Assembly: GCA_040954595.2 (NCBI GenBank)
Contig: CM082588.2
Span: 10,586,844-10,650,843 of the forward strand
Direction of reading: 5' to 3'
Length of the DNA: 64,000 nucleotides
Source of the DNA: Balanoglossus misakiensis
Lineage: Eukaryota > Animalia > Hemichordata
Of the stretch, positions 1 to 13,870 are shown piece after piece (the stretch's first letter is position 1; each line of letters begins with the position of its first letter). Under the pieces are notes generated by a model, which was given only the letters and a program-made list of their open reading frames with translations, was not told the DNA's origin and did not search any database. Made by a program: the position numbers and the translations under genes.

Positions 1-262
1 TGCAAAGTCGAAAATTTGTCATTTTTTGATGATTTTCACCCATGATTTTTTGCAAAAATCGACGAACCCATGATTTTTTTCCAAAATCGACGAAATTTTG
101 AGATTTTGCAAAGTCGAAAATTTGTCATTTTTTGATGATTTTCATCCATGTTTTTTTTTTCAAAATTCAACGAACCCATGATTTTTTTCAAAATCGACGA
201 AATTTTGAGATTTTGCAAGAACCCATGATTTTTTTCAAAATCGACGAAATATTGAGATTTTG
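1..262 (-). repeat. 78-bp satellite, reverse-orientation block (continues off the left edge)
   Basis: Sequence is the reverse complement of the main monomer (TGCAAAGTCGAAAATTTGTCATTTTTTGATGATTTTCACCCATG) and includes reversed short units (TCGACGAACCCATG). Confidence 0.95.
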
Positions 263-307
263 CAAAATCTCAAAATTTCGTCGATTTTGAAAAAAAATCA
301 TGGGTTC
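219..307. repeat. Spacerless ~89-bp palindrome at the satellite polarity switch
   Basis: GAACCCATG...GAGATTTTG|CAAAATCTC...CATGGGTTC, centre 262/263. The arms differ by one mismatch and one A-tract indel. Confidence 0.93.
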
Positions 308-2876
308 GTCGATTTTTTAAAAAAAAACATGGGAGAAAATCTTCAAAAAATGGGAATTTTGTCGATTTTTAAAAAAAAAATCATGGGTGAAAATCATCAA
401 AAAATGACAAATTTTCGACTTTGCAAAATCTCAAAATTTCGTCGATTTTTGAGAAAAATCATGGGTGAAAATCATCAAAAAATGACAAATTTTCGACTTT
501 GCAAAATTTTCAAAAATTCGTCGATTTTTGAAAAAAAAATGGGTTATAGCTGATGAAAATCATCAACAAATGACAAATTTTTGACTGCAAAATCTCAAAA
601 TTTCGTCGATTTTTGAAAAAAAAACATGGATGAAAATCATCAAAAAATGACAAATTTTCGACTGCAAAATCTCAAAATTTTGTCGATTTTGAAAAAAGTA
701 TGGGTTCGTCGATTTTTAAAAAAAATCATGGCTGAAAATCATCAAAAAATGACAAATTTTCGACTTTGCAAGAACTTCGAGATTTTCGTCGATTTTTGAA
801 AAAAAAAATCGTGGGGGGGGGGGAAATCATAAAAAAATGACAAATTTTCGACTTTGCAAAATCTCAATATATCGTCGATTTTGGAAAAAAAAAAACATGG
901 GTTCGTCGAAAAAAAAACGGGTGAAAATCATCAAAAAATGACAAATTTTCGAATTTGCAAAATCTCAAAAGTCCGTCGATTTTGAAAAAAAACATGGGTG
1001 AAAATCTTCAAAAAATGATTCTTGAAAAAAAATGGGTGAAAATCATCAAAAATGACAAAGTTTCGACTTTGCAAAATCTCAAAATTTCATCGATTTCTGA
1101 AAAAAATCATAGGGGAAAATCATCAAAAAATGACAAATTTTCGACTGCAAAATCTTAAAATTTCGTCAATTTTTGAAAAAAAATCATGGGTAAAAATCAT
1201 CAAAAAATGACAAATGTTCAACTTTGCAAAATCTCAAAATTTCGTCGATTTTTGAAAAAAAAAATCGTGGGGGGGGGGAAATCATCAAAAAAATTACAAA
1301 TTTTCGACTTAACAAAATTTTCACAAATTCGTCGATTTTTGAAAAAAAAAACATGGGTTCGTCCATTTTTGAAAAAAAAAACATGGGTGAAAATCATCAA
1401 CAAATGACAAATGTTCAACTTTGCAAAATCTCAAAATATTGTCGATTTTTGAAAAAAAATCATGGGTTCGTTGATTTTTGAAAAAAAAACGGGTGAAAAT
1501 CATCAAAAAATTACAAATTTTCGTCTTTGCAAAATCTCAAAATTTCGTCGATTTTTGAAAAATAAAATCATGGGTAAAAATCATCAAAAAAATACAAATT
1601 TTCGACTTTGCAAAATCTAAAAATTTTGTCGATTTTTGAAAAAAATCATGGGTGAAAATCATCAAAAAATGACAAATTTTCGACTTTGCAAAATCTCAAA
1701 ATTTCGTAGATTTTTGAAAAAAAATCATGGGTTCGTTGATTTTTGAAAAAAAAACATGGGTGAAAATCATCAAAAAATTACAAATTTTCGAATTTGCAAA
1801 ATCTCAAAATTTCGTCGATTTTTGAAAAAAAAACATGGGTGAAAATCATCAAAAAATGACAAATTTTCGACTTTGCAAAATCTCAAAATTTCGTAAATTT
1901 TTGAAAAAAAGTCATGGGTGAAAATCATAAAAAAATTACAAATTTTCGTCTTTGCAAAATCTCAAAATTTCGTCGATTTTTGAAAAAAAAAATCATGGGT
2001 AAAAATCATCAAAAAATTACAAATTTTCGACTTTGCAAAATCTAAAAATTTTGTCGATTTTTGAAAAAAATCATGGGTGAAAATCATCAAAAAATGACAA
2101 ATTTTCGACTTTGCAAAATCTCAAAATTTCGTCGATTTTTGAAAAAAATCATGGGTTCGTTCAATTTTGAAAAAAAAACATGGGTGAAAATCATCAAAAA
2201 ATTACAAATTTTCGACTTTGCAAAATCTCAAAATTTTGTCGATTTTTGAAAAAAAATCATGGGTGAAAATCATTAATAAATGACAAATTTTCGACTTTGC
2301 AAAATCTCAAAATTTCGTCGATTTTTGAAAAAAAATCATGGGTGAAAATCATCAAAAAATTACAAATTTTCGACTTTGCAAAATCTCAAAATTTCGTCGA
2401 TTTTTGAGAAAAATCATGGGTTCGTTCAATTTTGAAAAAAAAACATGGGTGAAAATCATCAAAAAATGACAAATTTTCGACTTTGCAAAATCTCAAAATT
2501 TCGTAGATTTTTGAAAAAAAATCATGGGTTCGTTGATTTTTGAAAAAAAAACATGGGTGAAAATCATCAAAAAATTACAAATTTTCGAATTTGCAAAATC
2601 TCAAAATTTCGTCGATTTTTGAAAAAAAAACATGGGTGAAAATCATCAAAAAATGACAAATTTTCGACTTTGCAAAATCTCAAAATTTCGTAAATTTTTG
2701 AAAAAAAGTCATGGGTGAAAATCATAAAAAAATTACAAATTTTCGTCTTTGCAAAATCTCAAAATTTCGTCGATTTTTGAAAAAAAAAATCATGGGTAAA
2801 AATCATCAAAAAATTACAAATTTTCGACTTTGCAAAATCTAAAAATTTTGTCGATTTTTGAAAAAAATCATGGGTG

Positions 2877-5800
2877 AAAATCATCAAAAAATGACAAATT
2901 TTCGACTTTGCAAAATCTCAAAATTTCGTCGATTTTTGAAAAAAATCATGAGTTCGTTGATTTTTAAAAAAAAACATTGGTGTCAATTTTTTAAAAAAAT
3001 CATGGGTTCGTTGATTTTTAAAAAAAAACATTGGTGAAAATCATCAAAAAATTACAAATTTTCGACTTTGCAAAATCTCAAAATTTCGTACATTTTTGAA
3101 AAAAAATCATGGGTGAAAATCATCAAAAAATGACAAATTTTCGTCTTTGCAAAATCTCAAAATTTCGTCATTTTTTAAAAAAAAATCATGGTGAAAATCA
3201 TCAAAAAATGACAAATTGTCGACTTTGCAAAATCTAAAAATTTTGTCGGTTTTTGAAAAAAATCATGGGTGAAAATAATCAAAAAATGACAAATTTTCGA
3301 CTTTGCAAAATCTCAAAATTTCGTCGATTTTTGAAAAAAATCATGGGTGAAAATCATCAAAAAATGACAAATTTTCGACTTTGCAAAATCTCAAAATTTT
3401 GTCGATTTTTGAAAAAAAATCATGGGTTCGTTGATTTTTGAAAAAAAACATGGGTGAAAATCATCAAAAAATTACAAATTTTCGAATTTGCAAAATCTCA
3501 AAATTTCGTCGATTTTTGAAAAAAAAAAACATGGGTGAAAATCATCAAAAAATGACAAATTTTCGACTTTGCAAAATCTCAAAATTTCGTAAATTTTTGA
3601 AAAAAAGTCATGGGTGAAAATCATCAAAAAATTAAAAAGTTTCGTCCTTGCAAAATCTCAAAAAATCGTCGATTTTTGAAAAAAAAAATCATGGGTAAAA
3701 ATCATCAAAAAATTACAAATTTTCGACTTTGCAAAATCTAAAAATTTTGTCGAATTTTGAAAAAAATCATGGGTGAAAATCATCAAAAAATGACAAATTT
3801 TCGACTTTGCAAAATCTCAAAATTTCGTCGATTTTTGAAAAAAATCATGGGTGAAAATCATCAAAAAATGACAAATTTTCGACTTTGCAAAATCTCAAAA
3901 TTTCGTAAATTTTTGAAAAAAAGTCATGGGTGAAAATCATCAAAAAATTAAAAAGTTTCGTCTTTGCAAAATCTCAAAATTTCGTCGATTTTTGAAAAAA
4001 AATCATGGGTAAAAATCATCAAAAAATTACAAATTTTCGACTTTGCAAAATCTAAAAATTTTGTCGATTTTTGAAAAAAATCATGGGTGAAAATCATCAA
4101 AAAATGACAAATTTTCGACTTTGCAAAATCTCAAAATTTCGTCGATTTTTGAAAAAAATCATGGGTGAAAATCATCAAAAAATGACAAATTTTCGACTTT
4201 GCAAAATCTTAAATTTCGTCGATTTTTGAAAAAAATCATGGGTGAAAATCATCAAAAAATGACAAATTTTTGACTTTGCAAAATCTCAAAATTTCGTCGA
4301 TTTTTGAGAAAAATCATAGGAAAAAATTATCAAAAAATGACAAATTTTCGACTTTGCAAAATCTCAAAATTTCGTCGATTTTTGAAAAAAATCATGGGTG
4401 AAAATCATCAAAAAATGACAAATTTTCGACTTTGCAAAATCTTAACTTTCGTCGATTTTTGAAAAAAATCATGGGTGAAAATCATCAAAAAATGACAAAT
4501 TTTTGACTTTGCAAAATCTCAAAATTTCGTCGATTTTTGAGAAAAATCATGGGTGAAAATCATCAAAAAATGACAAATTTTCGTCTTTGCAAAATCTCAA
4601 AATTTGGTCGATTTTTGAAAAAAAAAATCATGGGTAAAAATCATCAAAAAATGACAAATTTTCGACTTTGCAAAATCTCAAATTTCGTCGATTTTTGAAA
4701 AGAATCATGGGTGAAAATCATCAAAAAATGACAAATTTTCGACTTTGCAAAATCTCAAAATTTCGTCGATTTTTGAGAAAAATCATGGGTGAAAATCATC
4801 AAAAAACGACAAATTTTCGTCTTTGCAAAATCTCAAAATTTCGTCGATTTTTGAAAAAAATCATGGGTGAAAATCATCAAAAAATGACAATTTTTTGTCT
4901 TTGCAAAATCTCAAAATTTCGTCGATTTTGGAAAAAAAAACATGGGTGAAAATCATCAAAAAATGACAAATTTTCGAATTTGCAAAATCTCAAAATTTCG
5001 TCGATTTTTGAAAAAAATCATGGGTGAAAATCATCAAAAAATGACAAATTTTCGACTTTGCAAAATCTTAAATTTCGTCGATTTTTGAAAAAAATCATGG
5101 GTGAAAATCATCAAAAAATGACAAATTTTCGACTTTGCAAAATCTCAAAATTTCGTAGATTTTTGAAAAAAAATCATGGGTTCGTTGATTTTTGAAAAAA
5201 AAACATGGGTGAAAATCATCAAAAAATTACAAATTTTCGAATTTGCAAAATCTCAAAATTTCGTCGATTTTTGAAAAAAAAACATGGGTGAAAATCATCA
5301 AAAAATGACAAATTTTCGACTTTGCAAAATCTCAAAATTTCGTAAATTTTTGAAAAAAAGTCATGGGTGAAAATCATAAAAAAATTACAAATTTTCGTCT
5401 TTGCAAAATCTCAAAATTTCGTCGATTTTTGAAAAAAAAAATCATGGGTAAAAATCATCAAAAAATTACAAATTTTCGACTTTGCAAAATCTAAAAATTT
5501 TGTCGATTTTTGAAAAAAATCATGGGTGAAAATCATCAAAAAATGACAAATTTTCGACTTTGCAAAATCTCAAAATTTCGTCGATTTTTGAAAAAAAATC
5601 ATGGGTGAAAATCATCAAAAAATGACAAATTTTCGACTTTGCAAAATCTTAAATTTCGTCGATTTTTGAAAAAAATCATGGGTGAAAATCATCAAAAAAT
5701 GACAAATTTTTGACTTTGCAAAATCTCAAAATTTCGTCGATTTTTGAGAAAAATCATAGGAAAAAATTATCAAAAAATGACAAATTTTCGACTTTGCAAA

Positions 5801-8800
5801 ATCTCAAAATTTCGTCGATTTTTGAAAAAAATCATGGGTGAAAATCATCAAAAAATGACAAATTTTCGACTTTGCAAAATCTTAAATTTCGTCGATTTTT
5901 GAAAAAAATCATGGGTGAAAATCATCAAAAAATGACAAATTTTTGACTTTGCAAAATCTCAAAATTTCGTCGATTTTTGAGAAAAATCATGGGTGAAAAT
6001 CATCAAAAAATGACAAATTTTCGTCTTTGCAAAATCTCAAAATTTGGTCGATTTTTGAAAAAAAAAATCATGGGTAAAAATCATCAAAAAATGACAAATT
6101 TTCGACTTTGCAAAATCTCAAATTTCGTCGATTTTTGAAAAGAATCATGGGTGAAAATCATCAAAAAATGACAAATTTTCGACTTTGCAAAATCTCAAAA
6201 TTTCGTCGATTTTTGAGAAAAATCATGGGTGAAAATCATCAAAAAACGACAAATTTTCGTCTTTGCAAAATCTCAAAATTTCGTCGATTTTTGAAAAAAA
6301 TCATGGGTGAAAATCATCAAAAAATGACAATTTTTTGTCTTTGCAAAATCTCAAAATTTCGTCGATTTTGGAAAAAAAAACATGGGTGAAAATCATCAAA
6401 AAATGACAAATTTTCGAATTTGCAAAATCTCAAAATTTCGTCGATTTTTGAAAAAAATCATGGGTTCGTTCAATTTTGAAAAAAAACATGGGTGAAAATC
6501 ATCAAAAAATGACAAATTTTCGAATTTGCAAAATCTCAAAATTTTGTCGATTTTTGAAAAAAAATCATGGGTGAAAATCATTAATAAATGACAAATTTTC
6601 GACTTTGCAAAATCTCAAAATTTCGTCGATTTTTGAAAAAAAATCATGGGTGAAAATCATCAAAAAATTACAAATTTTCGACTTTGCAAAATCTCAAAAT
6701 TTCGTCGATTTTTGAGAAAAATCATGGGTGAAAATCATCAAAAAATGACAAATTTTCGACTTTGCAAAATCTCAAAATTTTGTCGATTTTTGAAAAAAAA
6801 TCATGGGTTCGTTGATTTTTGAAAAAAAACATGGGTGAAAATCATCAAAAAATTACAAATTTTCGAATTTGCAAAATCTCAAAATTTTGTCGATTTTTGA
6901 AAAAAATCATGGGTGAAAATCATCAAAAAATGACACATTTTCGACTTTGCAAAATCTCAAAATTTCGTCGATTTTTGAAAAAAATCATGGGTGAAAATCA
7001 TCAAAAAATGACAAATTTTCGACTTTGCAAAATCTCAAAATTTCGTCGATTTTTGAAAAAAATCATGGGTTCGTTCAATTTTGAAAAAAAATATGGGTGA
7101 AAATCATCAAAAAATTACAAATTTTCGTCTTTGCAAAATCTCAAAATTTCGTCGATTTTTGAAAAAAAAAATCATGGGTAAAAATCATCAAAAAATTACA
7201 AATTTTCGACTTTGCAAAATCTCAAATTTCGTCGATTTTTTAAAAGAATCATGGGTGAAAATCATCAAAAAATGACAAATTTTCGACTTTGCAAAATCTC
7301 AAAATTTCGTCGATTTTTGAGAAAAATCATGGGTGAAAATCATCAAAAAACGACAAATTTTCGTCTTTGCAAAATCTCAAAATTTCGTCGATTTTTGAAA
7401 AAAATCATGGGTGAAAATCATCAAAAAATGACAATTTTTTGTCTTTGCAAAATCTCAAAATTTGGTCGATTTTTGAAAAACAAAATCATGGGAAAAAATC
7501 ATCAAAAAATGACAAATTTTCGACTTTGCAAAATCTCAAAATTTCGTCGATTTTGGAAAAAAAAACATGGGTGAAAATCATCAAAAAATGACAAATTTTC
7601 GAATTTGCAAAATCTCAAAATTTCGTCGATTTTTGAAAAAAATCATGGGTTCGTTCAATTTTGAAAAAAAACATGGGTGAAAATCATCAAAAAATTACAA
7701 ATTTTCGACTTTGCAAAATCCCAAAATTTTGTCGATTTTTGAAAAAAAATCATGGGTGAAAATCATTAATAAATGACAAATTTTCGACTTTGCAAAATCT
7801 CAAAATTTCGTCGATTTTTGAAAAAAAATCATGGGTGAAAATCATCAAAAAATTACAAATTTTCGACTTTGCAAAATCTCAAAATTTCGTCGATTTTTGA
7901 GAAAAATCATGGGTGAAAATCATCAAAAAATGACAAATTTTCGACTTTGCAAAATCTCAAAATTTTGTCGATTTTTGAAAAAAAATCATGGGTTCGTTGA
8001 TTTTTGAAAAAAAACATGGGTGAAAATCATCAAAAAATTACAAATTTTCGAATTTGCAAAATCTCAAAATTTTGTCGATTTTTGAAAAAAATCATGGGTG
8101 AAAATCATCAAAAAATGACACATTTTCGACTTTGCAAAATCTCAAAATTTCGTCGATTTTTGAAAAAAATCATGGGTGAAAATCATCAAAAAATGACAAA
8201 TTTTCGACTTTGCAAAATCTCAAAATTTCGTCGATTTTTGAAAAAAATCATGGGTTCGTTCAATTTTGAAAAAAAATATGGGTGAAAATCATCAAAAAAT
8301 TACAAATTTTCGTCTTTGCAAAATCTCAAAATTTCGTCGATTTTTGAAAAAAAAAATCATGGGTAAAAATCATCAAAAAATGACAAATTTTCGACTTTGC
8401 AAAATCTCAAAATTTCGTCGATTTTTGAAAAAAATCATGAGTTCGTTGATTTTTAAAAAAAAACATTGGTGTCAATTTTTTAAAAAAATCATGGGTTCGT
8501 TGATTTTTAAAAAAAAACATTGGTGAAAATCATCAAAAAATTACAAATTTTCGACTTTGCAAAATCTCAAAATTTCGTACATTTTTGAAAAAAAATCATG
8601 GGTGAAAATCATCAAAAAATGACAAATTTTCGTCTTTGCAAAATCTCAAAATTTCGTCATTTTTTAAAAAAAAATCATGGTGAAAATCATCAAAAAATGA
8701 CAAATTGTCGACTTTGCAAAATCTAAAAATTTTGTCGGTTTTTGAAAAAAATCATGGGTGAAAATAATCAAAAAATGACAAATTTTCGACTTTGCAAAAT

Positions 8801-11800
8801 CTCAAAATTTCGTCGATTTTTGAAAAAAATCATGGGTGAAAATCATCAAAAAATGACAAATTTTCGACTTTGCAAAATCTCAAAATTTTGTCGATTTTTG
8901 AAAAAAAATCATGGGTTCGTTGATTTTTGAAAAAAAACATGGGTGAAAATCATCAAAAAATTACAAATTTTCGAATTTGCAAAATCTCAAAATTTCGTCG
9001 ATTTTTGAAAAAAAAAAACATGGGTGAAAATCATCAAAAAATGACAAATTTTCGACTTTGCAAAATCTCAAAATTTCGTAAATTTTTGAAAAAAAGTCAT
9101 GGGTGAAAATCATCAAAAAATTAAAAAGTTTCGTCCTTGCAAAATCTCAAAAAATCGTCGATTTTTGAAAAAAAAAATCATGGGTAAAAATCATCAAAAA
9201 ATTACAAATTTTCGACTTTGCAAAATCTAAAAATTTTGTCGAATTTTGAAAAAAATCATGGGTGAAAATCATCAAAAAATGACAAATTTTCGACTTTGCA
9301 AAATCTCAAAATTTCGTCGATTTTTGAAAAAAATCATGGGTGAAAATCATCAAAAAATGACAAATTTTCGACTTTGCAAAATCTCAAAATTTCGTAAATT
9401 TTTGAAAAAAAGTCATGGGTGAAAATCATCAAAAAATTAAAAAGTTTCGTCTTTGCAAAATCTCAAAATTTCGTCGATTTTTGAAAAAAAATCATGGGTA
9501 AAAATCATCAAAAAATTACAAATTTTCGACTTTGCAAAATCTAAAAATTTTGTCGATTTTTGAAAAAAATCATGGGTGAAAATCATCAAAAAATGACAAA
9601 TTTTCGACTTTGCAAAATCTCAAAATTTCGTCGATTTTTGAAAAAAATCATGGGTGAAAATCATCAAAAAATGACAAATTTTCGACTTTGCAAAATCTTA
9701 AATTTCGTCGATTTTTGAAAAAAATCATGGGTGAAAATCATCAAAAAATGACAAATTTTTGACTTTGCAAAATCTCAAAATTTCGTCGATTTTTGAGAAA
9801 AATCATAGGAAAAAATTATCAAAAAATGACAAATTTTCGACTTTGCAAAATCTCAAAATTTCGTCGATTTTTGAAAAAAATCATGGGTGAAAATCATCAA
9901 AAAATGACAAATTTTCGACTTTGCAAAATCTTAACTTTCGTCGATTTTTGAAAAAAATCATGGGTGAAAATCATCAAAAAATGACAAATTTTTGACTTTG
10001 CAAAATCTCAAAATTTCGTCGATTTTTGAGAAAAATCATGGGTGAAAATCATCAAAAAATGACAAATTTTCGTCTTTGCAAAATCTCAAAATTTGGTCGA
10101 TTTTTGAAAAAAAAAATCATGGGTAAAAATCATCAAAAAATGACAAATTTTCGACTTTGCAAAATCTCAAATTTCGTCGATTTTTGAAAAGAATCATGGG
10201 TGAAAATCATCAAAAAATGACAAATTTTCGACTTTGCAAAATCTCAAAATTTCGTCGATTTTTGAGAAAAATCATGGGTGAAAATCATCAAAAAACGACA
10301 AATTTTCGTCTTTGCAAAATCTCAAAATTTCGTCGATTTTTGAAAAAAATCATGGGTGAAAATCATCAAAAAATGACAATTTTTTGTCTTTGCAAAATCT
10401 CAAAATTTCGTCGATTTTGGAAAAAAAAACATGGGTGAAAATCATCAAAAAATGACAAATTTTCGAATTTGCAAAATCTCAAAATTTCGTCGATTTTTGA
10501 AAAAAATCATGGGTGAAAATCATCAAAAAATGACAAATTTTCGACTTTGCAAAATCTTAAATTTCGTCGATTTTTGAAAAAAATCATGGGTGAAAATCAT
10601 CAAAAAATGACAAATTTTCGACTTTGCAAAATCTCAAAATTTCGTAGATTTTTGAAAAAAAATCATGGGTTCGTTGATTTTTGAAAAAAAAACATGGGTG
10701 AAAATCATCAAAAAATTACAAATTTTCGAATTTGCAAAATCTCAAAATTTCGTCGATTTTTGAAAAAAAAACATGGGTGAAAATCATCAAAAAATGACAA
10801 ATTTTCGACTTTGCAAAATCTCAAAATTTCGTAAATTTTTGAAAAAAAGTCATGGGTGAAAATCATAAAAAAATTACAAATTTTCGTCTTTGCAAAATCT
10901 CAAAATTTCGTCGATTTTTGAAAAAAAAAATCATGGGTAAAAATCATCAAAAAATTACAAATTTTCGACTTTGCAAAATCTAAAAATTTTGTCGATTTTT
11001 GAAAAAAATCATGGGTGAAAATCATCAAAAAATGACAAATTTTCGACTTTGCAAAATCTCAAAATTTCGTCGATTTTTGAAAAAAAATCATGGGTGAAAA
11101 TCATCAAAAAATGACAAATTTTCGACTTTGCAAAATCTTAAATTTCGTCGATTTTTGAAAAAAATCATGGGTGAAAATCATCAAAAAATGACAAATTTTT
11201 GACTTTGCAAAATCTCAAAATTTCGTCGATTTTTGAGAAAAATCATAGGAAAAAATTATCAAAAAATGACAAATTTTCGACTTTGCAAAATCTCAAAATT
11301 TCGTCGATTTTTGAAAAAAATCATGGGTGAAAATCATCAAAAAATGACAAATTTTCGACTTTGCAAAATCTTAAATTTCGTCGATTTTTGAAAAAAATCA
11401 TGGGTGAAAATCATCAAAAAATGACAAATTTTTGACTTTGCAAAATCTCAAAATTTCGTCGATTTTTGAGAAAAATCATGGGTGAAAATCATCAAAAAAT
11501 GACAAATTTTCGTCTTTGCAAAATCTCAAAATTTGGTCGATTTTTGAAAAAAAAAATCATGGGTAAAAATCATCAAAAAATGACAAATTTTCGACTTTGC
11601 AAAATCTCAAATTTCGTCGATTTTTGAAAAGAATCATGGGTGAAAATCATCAAAAAATGACAAATTTTCGACTTTGCAAAATCTCAAAATTTCGTCGATT
11701 TTTGAGAAAAATCATGGGTGAAAATCATCAAAAAACGACAAATTTTCGTCTTTGCAAAATCTCAAAATTTCGTCGATTTTTGAAAAAAATCATGGGTGAA

Positions 11801-13870
11801 AATCATCAAAAAATGACAATTTTTTGTCTTTGCAAAATCTCAAAATTTCGTCGATTTTGGAAAAAAAAACATGGGTGAAAATCATCAAAAAATGACAAAT
11901 TTTCGAATTTGCAAAATCTCAAAATTTCGTCGATTTTTGAAAAAAATCATGGGTTCGTTCAATTTTGAAAAAAAACATGGGTGAAAATCATCAAAAAATT
12001 ACAAATTTTCGACTTTGCAAAATCTCAAAATTTTGTCGATTTTTGAAAAAAAATCATGGGTGAAAATCATTAATAAATGACAAATTTTCGACTTTGCAAA
12101 ATCTCAAAATTTCGTCGATTTTTGAAAAAAAATCATGGGTGAAAATCATCAAAAAATTACAAATTTTCGACTTTGCAAAATCTCAAAATTTCGTCGATTT
12201 TTGAGAAAAATCATGGGTGAAAATCATCAAAAAATGACAAATTTTCGACTTTGCAAAATCTCAAAATTTTGTCGATTTTTGAAAAAAAATCATGGGTTCG
12301 TTGATTTTTGAAAAAAAACATGGGTGAAAATCATCAAAAAATTACAAATTTTCGAATTTGCAAAATCTCAAAATTTTGTCGATTTTTGAAAAAAATCATG
12401 GGTGAAAATCATCAAAAAATGACACATTTTCGACTTTGCAAAATCTCAAAATTTCGTCGATTTTTGAAAAAAATCATGGGTGAAAATCATCAAAAAATGA
12501 CAAATTTTCGACTTTGCAAAATCTCAAAATTTCGTCGATTTTTGAAAAAAATCATGGGTTCGTTCAATTTTGAAAAAAAATATGGGTGAAAATCATCAAA
12601 AAATTACAAATTTTCGTCTTTGCAAAATCTCAAAATTTCGTCGATTTTTGAAAAAAAAAATCATGGGTAAAAATCATCAAAAAATTACAAATTTTCGACT
12701 TTGCAAAATCTCAAATTTCGTCGATTTTTTAAAAGAATCATGGGTGAAAATCATCAAAAAATGACAAATTTTCGACTTTGCAAAATCTCAAAATTTCGTC
12801 GATTTTTGAGAAAAATCATGGGTGAAAATCATCAAAAAACGACAAATTTTCGTCTTTGCAAAATCTCAAAATTTCGTCGATTTTTGAAAAAAATCATGGG
12901 TGAAAATCATCAAAAAATGACAATTTTTTGTCTTTGCAAAATCTCAAAATTTGGTCGATTTTTGAAAAACAAAATCATGGGAAAAAATCATCAAAAAATG
13001 ACAAATTTTCGACTTTGCAAAATCTCAAAATTTCGTCGATTTTGGAAAAAAAAACATGGGTGAAAATCATCAAAAAATGACAAATTTTCGAATTTGCAAA
13101 ATCTCAAAATTTCGTCGATTTTTGAAAAAAATCATGGGTTCGTTCAATTTTGAAAAAAAACATGGGTGAAAATCATCAAAAAATTACAAATTTTCGACTT
13201 TGCAAAATCCCAAAATTTTGTCGATTTTTGAAAAAAAATCATGGGTGAAAATCATTAATAAATGACAAATTTTCGACTTTGCAAAATCTCAAAATTTCGT
13301 CGATTTTTGAAAAAAAATCATGGGTGAAAATCATCAAAAAATTACAAATTTTCGACTTTGCAAAATCTCAAAATTTCGTCGATTTTTGAGAAAAATCATG
13401 GGTGAAAATCATCAAAAAATGACAAATTTTCGACTTTGCAAAATCTCAAAATTTTGTCGATTTTTGAAAAAAAATCATGGGTTCGTTGATTTTTGAAAAA
13501 AAACATGGGTGAAAATCATCAAAAAATTACAAATTTTCGAATTTGCAAAATCTCAAAATTTTGTCGATTTTTGAAAAAAATCATGGGTGAAAATCATCAA
13601 AAAATGACACATTTTCGACTTTGCAAAATCTCAAAATTTCGTCGATTTTTGAAAAAAATCATGGGTGAAAATCATCAAAAAATGACAAATTTTCGACTTT
13701 GCAAAATCTCAAAATTTCGTCGATTTTTGAAAAAAATCATGGGTTCGTTCAATTTTGAAAAAAAATATGGGTGAAAATCATCAAAAAATTACAAATTTTC
13801 GTCTTTGCAAAATCTCAAAATTTCGTCGATTTTTGAAAAAAAAAATCATGGGTAAAAATCATCAAAAAAT
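2877..13870 (+). repeat. Near-identical 5489-bp tandem duplication (higher-order repeat) with nested 1440-bp and 1185-bp duplications
   Basis: Landmark variants and identical ORF-track entries recur at +5489 (2947/8436, 3253/8742, 4668/10157, 6108/11597, 7212/12701, 8004/13493). Nested offsets are 4668/6108 (1440) and 6819/8004 (1185). Confidence 0.9.

Noticed and set aside
811-1278. G-quadruplex or telomere-like signal from G10-G11 runs
   Set aside because: Two isolated homopolymer expansions of the monomer's GGG, ~450 bp apart, with no telomeric repeat pattern.
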